Of a stretch of DNA of 32,000 nucleotides, positions 8,780 to 16,273 are shown one piece after another. This DNA comes from Patescibacteria group bacterium. GTDB lineage: Bacteria > Patescibacteriota > Patescibacteriia > 2-01-FULL-39-33. The notes under the pieces were generated by a model. That model worked only from the letters and a program-made list of their open reading frames with translations. It was not told the origin of the DNA and searched no databases. Made by a program: the position numbers and the translations under genes. Position 1 is the first letter of the stretch, and every line of letters starts with the position of its first letter. The stretch lies in assembly GCA_041649575.1 (NCBI GenBank), contig JBAZMW010000005.1, positions 60,001 through 92,000 of the forward strand, read 5' to 3'.

Positions 8780-10534
8780 TTATTTTTTTTCTTTGATTTC
8801 CATTTCTATCTCTTCGATAAACTGGGCCACTTTTTTGCTACCTAGGTCGCCCTCACCACGTTTTCTAATAGCCACGGCGGCGGCGGATTCTTCTTTCTCT
8901 CCAACCACTAAAATGTAAGGCACCTTTTCTTTCTCCGCGTTTCTGATTCTTTTGCCCAGACTCTCGTCGCTGTTGTCCAATTCGACGCGGACATTTTTTT
9001 TGAATAATTGGTCTCTAACTTTTTGGCCATAATTGTTGAATTTTTCGGAGACGGGGATAATAACTGCTTGCACCGGAGCCAGCCAGGTCGGGAAAGCTCC
9101 TGCATAGCGTTCGATCAAAAAGGCCATGGTGCGCTCCAGGCAGCCGATAGAAGAACGGTGGATGACGATGGGCCGCTCATTTTTCCCTTCTTTGTTGGTG
9201 AAAGTTAGGTCGAAGCGTTCCGGCATAACAAAGTCATATTGGACAGTAAAGGCAGTTTCTTCTTTGCCGCCGGTTCTTTTCATTTGGATATCGATTTTCG
9301 GGCCATAGAAAGCGGCTTCGTTGGCGGCCTCATAGAACGGAGCCTTAACTTCTATCAGAACCTCGCGCAAAACATTTTCGGCAAAATCCCAGGCATCGTC
9401 GTCTTTATAATATTTTTTGGTGTCCGAACGGTCGCCCAGAGACAGACGATAGCGATAGTCCACGCCCTTTTCCAGGCCCAGCGTCCCATTGATAAAATCA
9501 ATAAGGTCGAGAACTTCCTTGATGACTTGTTTGGCCTGGTCTTTGGCAGCGATGATGTGGGCGTCGGCCAAGCAAAACATGCGGACACGGGTCAGACCGG
9601 ACAATTCGCCGCTTTTCTCGTAGCGATATTGATGAGCGATTTCGCCGATGCGGTAAGGCAGCTCGCGGTAGCTGTGCTTTTCGGATTTATAAAACATGAA
9701 ATGATGCGGGCAGGTCATGGGCTTGAGGATCAATTCTTCCTCATCGATTTTCATCACCGGATACATGGTGTCTTTGTAGTAAGGATAGTGGCCGGATTTT
9801 TTGTAGAGATCGACTTTGGCCAAATCGGGAGTGACCACATGGTGATAACCGCGTTTTAATTCTTCGTCTATAGTAAAGCGCTCAAGCTCTCTTTTGATGG
9901 TGGCGCCTTTGGGGCCGAAAGTCGGCAGGCCTTTGCCAACAAGCTCGGAAAAGACGAAGAGCTTTAAATCTTGGCCGATAACTCGGTGGTCTCTTTTTTT
10001 GGCTTCTTCTTGCAGTTTTAAATATTCGTCCAATTCTTTTTGGGTGGCAAAAGCAGCGCCATAAATCCGCTGGAGCATTTTATTTTTCTCATTGCCTCGC
10101 CAATAAGCGCCAGCGACAGATAATAGCTTGAAAATCTTAACTTCGCCGGTGGACTTCAAATGGGGACCACGGCACATATTGGAGAAGTCGCCTTGCTCAT
10201 AGAAACCAACTTCTTTCTCATCCGCTTGTTTCAGTTCTTTAGCCAACTCCGCAGTGTAGGTGTATTTTTTGCTTTTTAGAAGTTTGATCGCCTCATCAAT
10301 CGGCAACAGCTTTTTTTCAATTTTTAAATCTTCTTTGACAATTTTTTTCATTTCAGCCTCGATGTCGGCCAGGTCGTCTTCGGTCACTTGATTTTGGGCT
10401 TCAAAATCATGATAAAAGCCGTTTTCAATGGCCGGGCCGACACCGGGAACGGCGCCATAAAGTCGTTCAAGCGCCTGCATCATGATGTGTGCCGCGCTGT
10501 GATTGAGGATTTCTTGCTGGTCTTGGTTATTCAT
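8780..10534 (-). CDS. thrS: Threonyl-tRNA synthetase
   Basis: NHSAAHIMMQALE, GPHLKSTGEVKIFKLLSVAGAYWRGNEKN, MTCPHHFMFYKS, IHRSSIGCLERTMAFLIERYAG. Confidence 0.95.
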   Translation of the reverse strand: MNNQDQQEILNHSAAHIMMQALERLYGAVPGVGPAIENGFYHDFEAQNQVTEDDLADIEAEMKKIVKEDLKIEKKLLPIDEAIKLLKSKKYTYTAELAKELKQADEKEVGFYEQGDFSNMCRGPHLKSTGEVKIFKLLSVAGAYWRGNEKNKMLQRIYGAAFATQKELDEYLKLQEEAKKRDHRVIGQDLKLFVFSELVGKGLPTFGPKGATIKRELERFTIDEELKRGYHHVVTPDLAKVDLYKKSGHYPYYKDTMYPVMKIDEEELILKPMTCPHHFMFYKSEKHSYRELPYRIGEIAHQYRYEKSGELSGLTRVRMFCLADAHIIAAKDQAKQVIKEVLDLIDFINGTLGLEKGVDYRYRLSLGDRSDTKKYYKDDDAWDFAENVLREVLIEVKAPFYEAANEAAFYGPKIDIQMKRTGGKEETAFTVQYDFVMPERFDLTFTNKEGKNERPIVIHRSSIGCLERTMAFLIERYAGAFPTWLAPVQAVIIPVSEKFNNYGQKVRDQLFKKNVRVELDNSDESLGKRIRNAEKEKVPYILVVGEKEESAAAVAIRKRGEGDLGSKKVAQFIEEIEMEIKEKK

Positions 10535-10614
10535 ATATTTTGTATTAATTTTAGAGTTTTTTTATGAATTGGTCAAATATTATAATTGTCAGAAAAGAAA
10601 AGCCTTGTTAAGAT

Positions 10615-10722
10615 AATTATTGCTCGTTACGGAGCGCACTCTGCACGCTTGAGTCGAGTATGGCAGCGTCTACTCTGGCAGCGCGCACCAAGGGATGGGG
10701 TTTTCGATGAGAGAATCCCATC
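10615..10722 (+). ncRNA. Isolated copy of the structured repeat RNA family, upstream of the RAMP-like gene
   Basis: GC-rich 5' domain containing cgAGTATGGCagcg, then caccaaGG GATGGGgTT...AAtCCCATC (10694-10722). Same layout as the copy at 16081. Confidence 0.55.
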
Positions 10723-10770
10723 ATTATTTTTGTTTAAATTTAGATATTTAAAAATTTTTAATTTTTAGTA

Positions 10771-10799
10771 TTGACAAAAATATTAATATATGTTAGGAT
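10771..10799 (+). promoter_or_regulatory. Promoter of the RAMP-like gene (possibly also of the array)
   Basis: TTGACA (10771-10776), 17-nt spacer, TAGGAT (10794-10799). Confidence 0.7.
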
Positions 10800-10805
10800 A
10801 TGGGG

Positions 10806-10881
10806 TCAATGACGCGTCGTCATCTGACGGGACAGGCAACTGTGTTGTCCTGGCCAAAGCGAGGGCGGTTTGAGTCATTGA
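10806..10881 (+). promoter_or_regulatory. Structured 5' leader of the RAMP-like gene
   Basis: Closing stem TCAATGAC (10806-10813)/GTCATTGA (10874-10881), with an internal ACAG GCAA CTGT hairpin. Confidence 0.55.
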
Positions 10882-10928
10882 GGCTTAAATCGCAAGTGAG
10901 TATTTCAACAAGGTAGGAGTAACTAGTC

Positions 10929-11609
10929 ATGGCGAAAGTCAAGCCGGAAGTCGAGCCGGAAGTCAAGTCGGGAGAATCGAAATCGAAGGTAGTGAGAGTG
11001 AAAGTGGAGGGGGTTTACCCAATCCTCATGAATCCCATGACCGAGGCCACGCTCGACAGCTTGATCACGGGCAATCGCCTGCCGCCGACCAAGGATTTGG
11101 CGTTCGAGGAGGTCGCGAGCAGGAAGATTTACCGTGAAGGCGGCGAGCCCGATGGCGCTATCGGTATTCCCGTGGAGAATCTGTGCTCCTGTCTGGTGCG
11201 GGCGGGACGCGAAGTCAAGAATGGCAAGAAGCAGATCAGCACGGCGGAAAGCACCACGCTGTTCTCATTTCTCTCCATTCGCGGCGAGTTCCTGCCGTTC
11301 ACCAACGATCTGACCCGGCACGGCGACGGCAAGGGTTGGGTTGTCGACAAACGTCGCGGTTGCCTGCACGACAAGGGCAAATCCACGGCGGTCGGCATCC
11401 TGCGGCCGAAATTCCCCGTCTGGGCATTCGAGTTCGTCATGGACCTCGACTTGACCGAGATCGACGAGGGCGTCGTGCGGAAGCTTGTCGAGGTCGCGGG
11501 CAAGAAAGTCGGCCTGGGCGATTTCCGGCCCACCTGCAAGGGGCCGTTCGGTCGGTTCCAGGTCGTGAGCTGGGAAGAGGCCAAGAAAGAAGTTCCGGCC
11601 GCGGCCTAG
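10929..11609 (+). CDS. Hypothetical protein with RAMP/Cas7-like glycine-rich C-terminal signature
   Basis: Start behind a GTAGGAG SD. VKVEGVYPILMNPM..., GAIGIPVENLCSCLVRAGREV, ...FEFVMDLDL..., VGLGDFRPTCKGPFGRFQVVSWEE. Clearly coding; the family link is by eye only. Confidence 0.6.
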   Translation: MAKVKPEVEPEVKSGESKSKVVRVKVEGVYPILMNPMTEATLDSLITGNRLPPTKDLAFEEVASRKIYREGGEPDGAIGIPVENLCSCLVRAGREVKNGKKQISTAESTTLFSFLSIRGEFLPFTNDLTRHGDGKGWVVDKRRGCLHDKGKSTAVGILRPKFPVWAFEFVMDLDLTEIDEGVVRKLVEVAGKKVGLGDFRPTCKGPFGRFQVVSWEEAKKEVPAAA

Positions 11610-11832
11610 CTCCGGTGTACATCATGTAACACGGCTACCCTGTCACGTGGGGTTTTCCAACCTCGTGCCAGGCACGCCGCACCATGGGGCGGGAGAGCAG
11701 CAATGTTCTCCCGCCAGCACTTATACATTATTATCAATGCGTGCCGATGCCACCAAAGGCACGGCTTGGTCCGGTGGCGTCCGCTGCTGCAATGAGCTGC
11801 ATGGGGTGGGAGTTCGCAAGAATTCCCGCCAA

Positions 11833-13543
11833 CTAATCAATGCGTGTTATAATGAAAATAATAAATATTGATTAGTACATTCTTCTGCGTGTGGTGTTGT
11901 TTCGCTCGGTTGCGTAGAGCGTCGCATCGCATGGTCGACCTCACCACGGGGCGAGGGTTCATCGCAATCCTCGCCGACTAATCAGTGATTATTACGGTTT
12001 AATAATTAGTGATCAGTTCTTTTTCACAGTCCTTGGTGCGGCTAAGCTCCGCTCCGCGCAGTCCGCTCTGCTGTTGTTTGCCAGGGGGCGGGAGAGCAGA
12101 GATGTTCTCCCGCCAGAGTGTATCACCCATTTTCCCAACTGGCCAAGGCGTGGCCCGGCGGTGTGGGCAATGGTTCGGCTCGGGGCGGGAGTCCATCGCG
12201 ACTCCCGCCAGCTAATCAATGGTTGTTAAAAAATTTAGTAATTATTGATTAGTTCGTTTATAAATCATGATGTGGCTGGCCGTCGCATGTCTTAGTTGCG
12301 TATCGTGTAGCCGCGCTTTCCCTGGGGCGAGGATTGAAATACATCCTCGCCAGCTAATCAATGTCCATTAATTAATTAGTGGTTATTGATTAGTACCTTT
12401 TCACTTTGACTCAGCTAGCCGCCGTAGCGCGGAGTAAGCTGCAGTGGGGCTCACCCCAGCTATGTTGAGCTCGCCATGGGGCGGGGATGGGAAACTGTCT
12501 CCGCCAAAACTACTATCACCGTGTCGTTGGGTCGGCTTCGGCTACCTTTGATCCGGCGAACCGGCGCAGAGCGTGGGGCGGGGATTGTAACAAATCCCCG
12601 CCAACTAATCAGTGTGTATTATGCAAATAGTAAATATCGATTAGCTCTTTCTGGTCCTAGCATTCTTGGCCGCCGTGGTGTGAGGCACTGCAAGACGGAG
12701 CGGAGCTGCGCACGGGGCGGGAGGTAGCAATACTCTCCCGCCAATATCTACCAAACACTTCTCAATGGCAGGGCTTTCCGGCGCGTAGTTCAGCCCCGCC
12801 AGGCGAAGCGTTCTGTTGCAAGGGGCGGGGGTTCAGTGATGTTCTCCCGCCGTACCTTTTGCTTTTTAGGCCGCCCAGAGCAGTCAGCGGTAGAGCCTGG
12901 TCCTCTGTGGCAGTCCATGGGCGGGAGTCCTCACCCGGCTCCCGCAACTATTTATTGGCGTTTGTTCCTCGGCGGAGCTACGCAGCCTGCCGCATAGTTC
13001 GGCCAGGTGTAGCGACGCACTCCCTGGGGCGGAGGTCGGTAGTCATGATCTCCGCCGACTAATCAGTGTTCATAATAATTTGTGATTAATGATTAGTTCA
13101 TTTGTTAGACGGTTATGCTCAGGCGCAGTTCCGCGGAGCAGAGTATAGCTCGGCAGACACCGGCGTACTTGTCCATGGGGCGGAGACGGGAAACTGTTTC
13201 CGCCGAGCGATCAACCAGCTTCGGCTGTCAGAAAAGGATAATCGGTATGACTGGTGGTATGGGCATGCACAAACATGGCACGAGCGGTCATGTGCATAAT
13301 GACCAGCATTTCACTGGCAAGAAGGGCGGCAAGCGTGCTGAGCGGAAAGGAAAGACGCACAAACAGCGTCGCCTGAACCGCGGGACGCACAAGAACAGGT
13401 TCAAGGAAGACTAGCTGACATTAGGCCATGGTGCCGCGGAGCAAACATCTCTCCGGCATTGCGGGCTGTGGCGCGGGGCGGAAATCGGCAACGGTTTCCG
13501 CCATTAATCAATGTTTATTAAGAATTTAGTAATTATTGATTAG
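11833..13543 (+). repeat. Recurrent AT-rich inverted-repeat cassette inside the array (7 copies)
   Basis: CTAATCAAT...ATTGATTAG or close variants, about 38-43 bp each, directly 3' of the GC-rich hairpin: 11833-11875, 11978-12016, 12212-12252, 12354-12393, 12605-12644, 13059-13096, 13504-13543. Confidence 0.85.
13247..13414 (+). CDS. Small basic His/Lys/Arg-rich protein (55 aa) within the RNA array
   Basis: SD AAAAGGA then ATG 13247: MTGGMGMHKHGTSGHVHNDQHFTGKKGGKRAERKGKTHKQRRLNRGTHKNRFKED*. It occupies the one enlarged interval of the array. Confidence 0.6.
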   Translation: MTGGMGMHKHGTSGHVHNDQHFTGKKGGKRAERKGKTHKQRRLNRGTHKNRFKED

Positions 13544-13746
13544 TTTTAGTTCTTTCGGCAAAGCTGAGTAAAGCTGCCTGTTGTCCGCCGACGCACGGGG
13601 CGGGAGTTCGCAAGAATTCCCGCCAAGCACATCTCATCTTTGGCGGCATCGTTGGGCGCAGTATGGCTCGGCATGCTTTGCCAGAGTGCGGCGCGGAACG
13701 GAGATCGGTAACGGTCTCCGTTATTATATTTTTAATAAATTTATTG

Positions 13747-13775
13747 TTGACAATTTTAATATTTTTTGTTAATAT
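13747..13775 (+). promoter_or_regulatory. Promoter of the helicase gene
   Basis: TTGACA (13747-13752), 17-nt spacer, TAATAT (13770-13775). Confidence 0.75.
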
Positions 13776-13778
13776 ATG

Positions 13779-13826
13779 GTGTCAGGCCAAAATCAATAAC
13801 AAGCAGTTCTTTGACACTTTGGCCTG
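13779..13826 (+). promoter_or_regulatory. Structured 5' leader of the helicase gene with two alternative hairpins
   Basis: GTGTCA (13779-13784)/TGACAC (13812-13817) versus CAGGCCAAA (13783-13791)/TTTGGCCTG (13818-13826). Confidence 0.45.
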
Positions 13827-13883
13827 TGAGAATATAGGAAATTGAAGAAGCGAAGTAAAACCAGGCGAGAAGGAAGACAAATC

Positions 13884-15671
13884 ATGAAACATCCGAAACA
13901 TCTGGACCTTTGGAGTTGTTTCCCGCATGACTGTTATCCAAATATCTTGGATAATCAGAGGGACGCTCTCCGGGTCATCGAGCAGGAAGGCGGTTGCGCT
14001 CTATTGCAACTGCCGACCGGCTCAGGCAAGACAGCAGTGGGGTACGCTTTTCTCAAGGCCGTCTTGAAGAGGGCTGAGGGGCCGGTGTACTATGTCGTTC
14101 CCACCAAGACGCTGGTGGAGCAGGTCAGAAGGCTCCACCCCGACGTCAAGATCATATTTGGTCGAAACGAATACTCATGTCTGTTCTACCCCGATCAGGA
14201 GCTGAAGGCCGACGAAGTGCCTTGCTCGATGCTGCACGATTGCCCGCATCGCGTGGACCAGGAAACTGGCCAGACCGCTGTGCCCGGCGTCAAGCCCTGT
14301 CCTTATTTGCAGAAGAAGTGGGAGGCGAGCCAAGGCGGTATCGTGGTTTGCACTACGGCGTTCTTTCTCTTCACCCACTTGTTCGCCAGCGAAGACGCCA
14401 AGCCGGCAGCGCTGGTGATCGACGAAGCCCATGGCATTGCTCATACGGTTCGCGGTTGTCTCTCCTACGAGATTACCGACTACCATCTTGGGCGGGCGGT
14501 GGAGCTACTACGGCCAGTGGACAACGAACAGGCCGAGCGACTTGACGCTTTCTTGCGGACGATGGTTCGTATCATCAAGAAGAAGGCGTCTGGCGAGCGG
14601 CAGATCATCGAGGATGAGGAGGTCGCCAAGCTGCTGGATAAGCTCAAGCAGATCAACATCACGCGACTGGGAGAAAAGGTGCGCCAGGCGATTAGGCAGG
14701 GAGTAATCGACGCCAAAGCGGAACGCGAAACCCTGCGTCGGCTGGAGATTGTCTTACGCGACTTGTCGCATTATGCCCGATCGCTCGAATACTCCCGGCC
14801 TAACGAGAAGCGTAACGCCCTCAACTACACCTATGCGTTTTGGAGCCAGGAGCGCGCCGAAGGCGAGCGGGTGAAGTACCGTCTGTTCATCAAGTGCTAC
14901 TATGTGGCGCCGCTCATACGGCGGATGTTGCCGGAGATGACTGTGGCTTACTCGGCGACCATCGGCGATCCCGAAGTGTTCGGTTTCGAGACTGGCATTG
15001 AGGCGCCGTTTCACAGCTTCGGTTCGGACTTCCCGGTTGGCAAAACGCAGATTTTTGTGCCGACCGATACGCCGAATTTGGCCGTCAACGTTCGTGGTCG
15101 TCAGGATCGCACCAGGGCGCTAAGGAGGATCGCCAAGGCCTGCCGCCGTTTTGCCGATCAAGGCAGGCGGTCGCTGGTGGTGGTGATCTCCAACGAGGAA
15201 CGCGCTAAGTTCCTGACGCTCGCCGGCGAGGAAGGCGTCGCAGCCGTCAGCTACGGTAATGGCGTCAAGCCAAAAGACGCGGCCCTGAAGTTCAAGGAGG
15301 GTGAGGGTGATGTCTTGGTTGGCACAGCGGCCAATTACGGAGAGGGCTTTGACTTACCCAAGGGCATCGCTCCGGTCATCTTCTTTCTCCGGCCAGGATT
15401 TCCGCATCCGCACGATCCGGCGACAGTGTTTGAGGAGAGGCGATTCGGCGGCATGCGTTGGCGGATCTGGAATTGGCGTGTGATGATGGAGGCCTTGCAG
15501 GTGCGGGGTCGCAACATCAGAAGCGCCGAGGATGTGGGCGTCTGCTTCTTCATTTCCCAGCAGTTCCGGCGGTTCGTTTTCGCCGCCCTGCCCGACTGGT
15601 TGCAGCCGGCGTATTGTGGCGATAAGGACTGGGAGGAGTGCCTTGAAGAGGCGGAGCGATTGCTTTCCTAG
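13884..15671 (+). CDS. DinG/XPD-like superfamily 2 helicase with putative Fe-S cluster
   Basis: Walker A LQLPTGSGKTAV; four cysteines NEYSC...VPC...HDC...KPC in the XPD Fe-S position; VIDEAH box; YSATIG; C-terminal QVRGRNIRSAEDVGV. Likely start ATG 13884 (MKHPKHL) behind GAAGGAAG. Confidence 0.88.
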   Translation: MKHPKHLDLWSCFPHDCYPNILDNQRDALRVIEQEGGCALLQLPTGSGKTAVGYAFLKAVLKRAEGPVYYVVPTKTLVEQVRRLHPDVKIIFGRNEYSCLFYPDQELKADEVPCSMLHDCPHRVDQETGQTAVPGVKPCPYLQKKWEASQGGIVVCTTAFFLFTHLFASEDAKPAALVIDEAHGIAHTVRGCLSYEITDYHLGRAVELLRPVDNEQAERLDAFLRTMVRIIKKKASGERQIIEDEEVAKLLDKLKQINITRLGEKVRQAIRQGVIDAKAERETLRRLEIVLRDLSHYARSLEYSRPNEKRNALNYTYAFWSQERAEGERVKYRLFIKCYYVAPLIRRMLPEMTVAYSATIGDPEVFGFETGIEAPFHSFGSDFPVGKTQIFVPTDTPNLAVNVRGRQDRTRALRRIAKACRRFADQGRRSLVVVISNEERAKFLTLAGEEGVAAVSYGNGVKPKDAALKFKEGEGDVLVGTAANYGEGFDLPKGIAPVIFFLRPGFPHPHDPATVFEERRFGGMRWRIWNWRVMMEALQVRGRNIRSAEDVGVCFFISQQFRRFVFAALPDWLQPAYCGDKDWEECLEEAERLLS

Positions 15672-16208
15672 TATCACGGACTGGCTCGCCATGGCTGCGC
15701 CTTGCTTGCCACTGCCTGCCGTCGTCCGCCAAGGGGCGGAGATCTGGTCCATCCGGGTCTCCGCCACATTCTTTGTTTTCAAACGTCGCTCGGCAACGTT
15801 GGGTCTTCAATGGCTTACCGCTGTTGCGCGTCGCAAGGGGCGAGGATGGTCTTTGACTAATTCTCGCCATTCTACACTTGTCAAAGAGATTCTTTGGCAG
15901 ATGTGGTCTTTATGAGGTAGCGTATTCTTCAGTTGAGCTCAGTCTAGCTCGGTACAGCTGAGCGCCGCAGCCATTTCCAAGGGGCGGGGGTTGGGCTTGC
16001 CCAAATCTCCGCCAACGCTTATCTTCTCGGCAATGCTTGGCACAGTATCCCAGTGTTGTGCGTCGCTGAGTTAGCCAAGGGATGGGACTGGTCAAACGGT
16101 CTCATCAAGATTATTTTTCTGGGCACGTCTCAGTATTCAATGGCCCGCTGCTGTTGAGTAGTGCAGAGCCCCCAGTCCAAGGGGCGGGAATCCATCGTGG
16201 TTCCCGTC
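15672..16208 (+). ncRNA. Second block of the structured RNA repeat family (5 copies), directly downstream of the helicase
   Basis: Hairpins at 15735-15765, 15839-15868, 15983-16013, 16081-16106 (GATGGGAC.../GTCTCATC variant) and 16183-16208, each preceded by a GC-rich domain ending in (C)AAGG. Confidence 0.78.
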
Positions 16209-16273
16209 GATTTTTTTTATTTAAAATTAATTGCTAAATTCTAGGTTTTAAGCTAAAATATTCGTAAATCCCC

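Larger units (their letters stand above)
11625..13722 (+). ncRNA. Array of 16 tandem structured RNA repeats in the same orientation
   Basis: GGGG-type hairpins at 11688-11715, 11805-11830, 11950-11975, 12087-12114, 12184-12209, 12326-12351, 12480-12505, 12577-12602, 12716-12742, 12824-12851, 12921-12945, 13028-13056, 13179-13204, 13477-13502, 13599-13624, 13697-13722. Spacing is mostly about 97-117 nt, or 122-154 nt where an AT-rich cassette is present. Each hairpin follows a GC-rich domain. Confidence 0.85.

Noticed and set aside
11999-12947. Track ORFs of about 60-83 aa inside the array (12009..12215, 12476..12727, 12762..12947 and similar)
   Set aside because: They run through the structured repeats, share no conserved protein sequence and lack convincing SDs. 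Best explained as chance ORFs in GC-rich non-coding RNA DNA.
11625-13722. CRISPR array
   Set aside because: No identical 20-40 nt direct repeats with uniform unique spacers. The repeated element is a covarying hairpin of 25-31 nt with variable stem and loop, and spacing varies from 97 to 154 nt.
11625-13722. TIGR-type (Tas) guide array or box C/D RNAs
   Set aside because: No Nop-domain protein nearby, and no regular C-box/D-box pairs (RUGAUGA/CUGA) at fixed positions in the units.
11625-13722. Integron attC sites or simple intrinsic terminators
   Set aside because: No GTTRRRY/RYYYAAC core pairs and no cassette ORFs apart from one small gene. The GC-rich hairpins lack U-tracts, and GNRA loops in many copies are not needed for terminators.
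15354-15782. 142-aa minus-strand ORF overlapping the helicase 3' end
   Set aside because: Antisense to conserved helicase motif VI and to a structured repeat; no recognisable domain.
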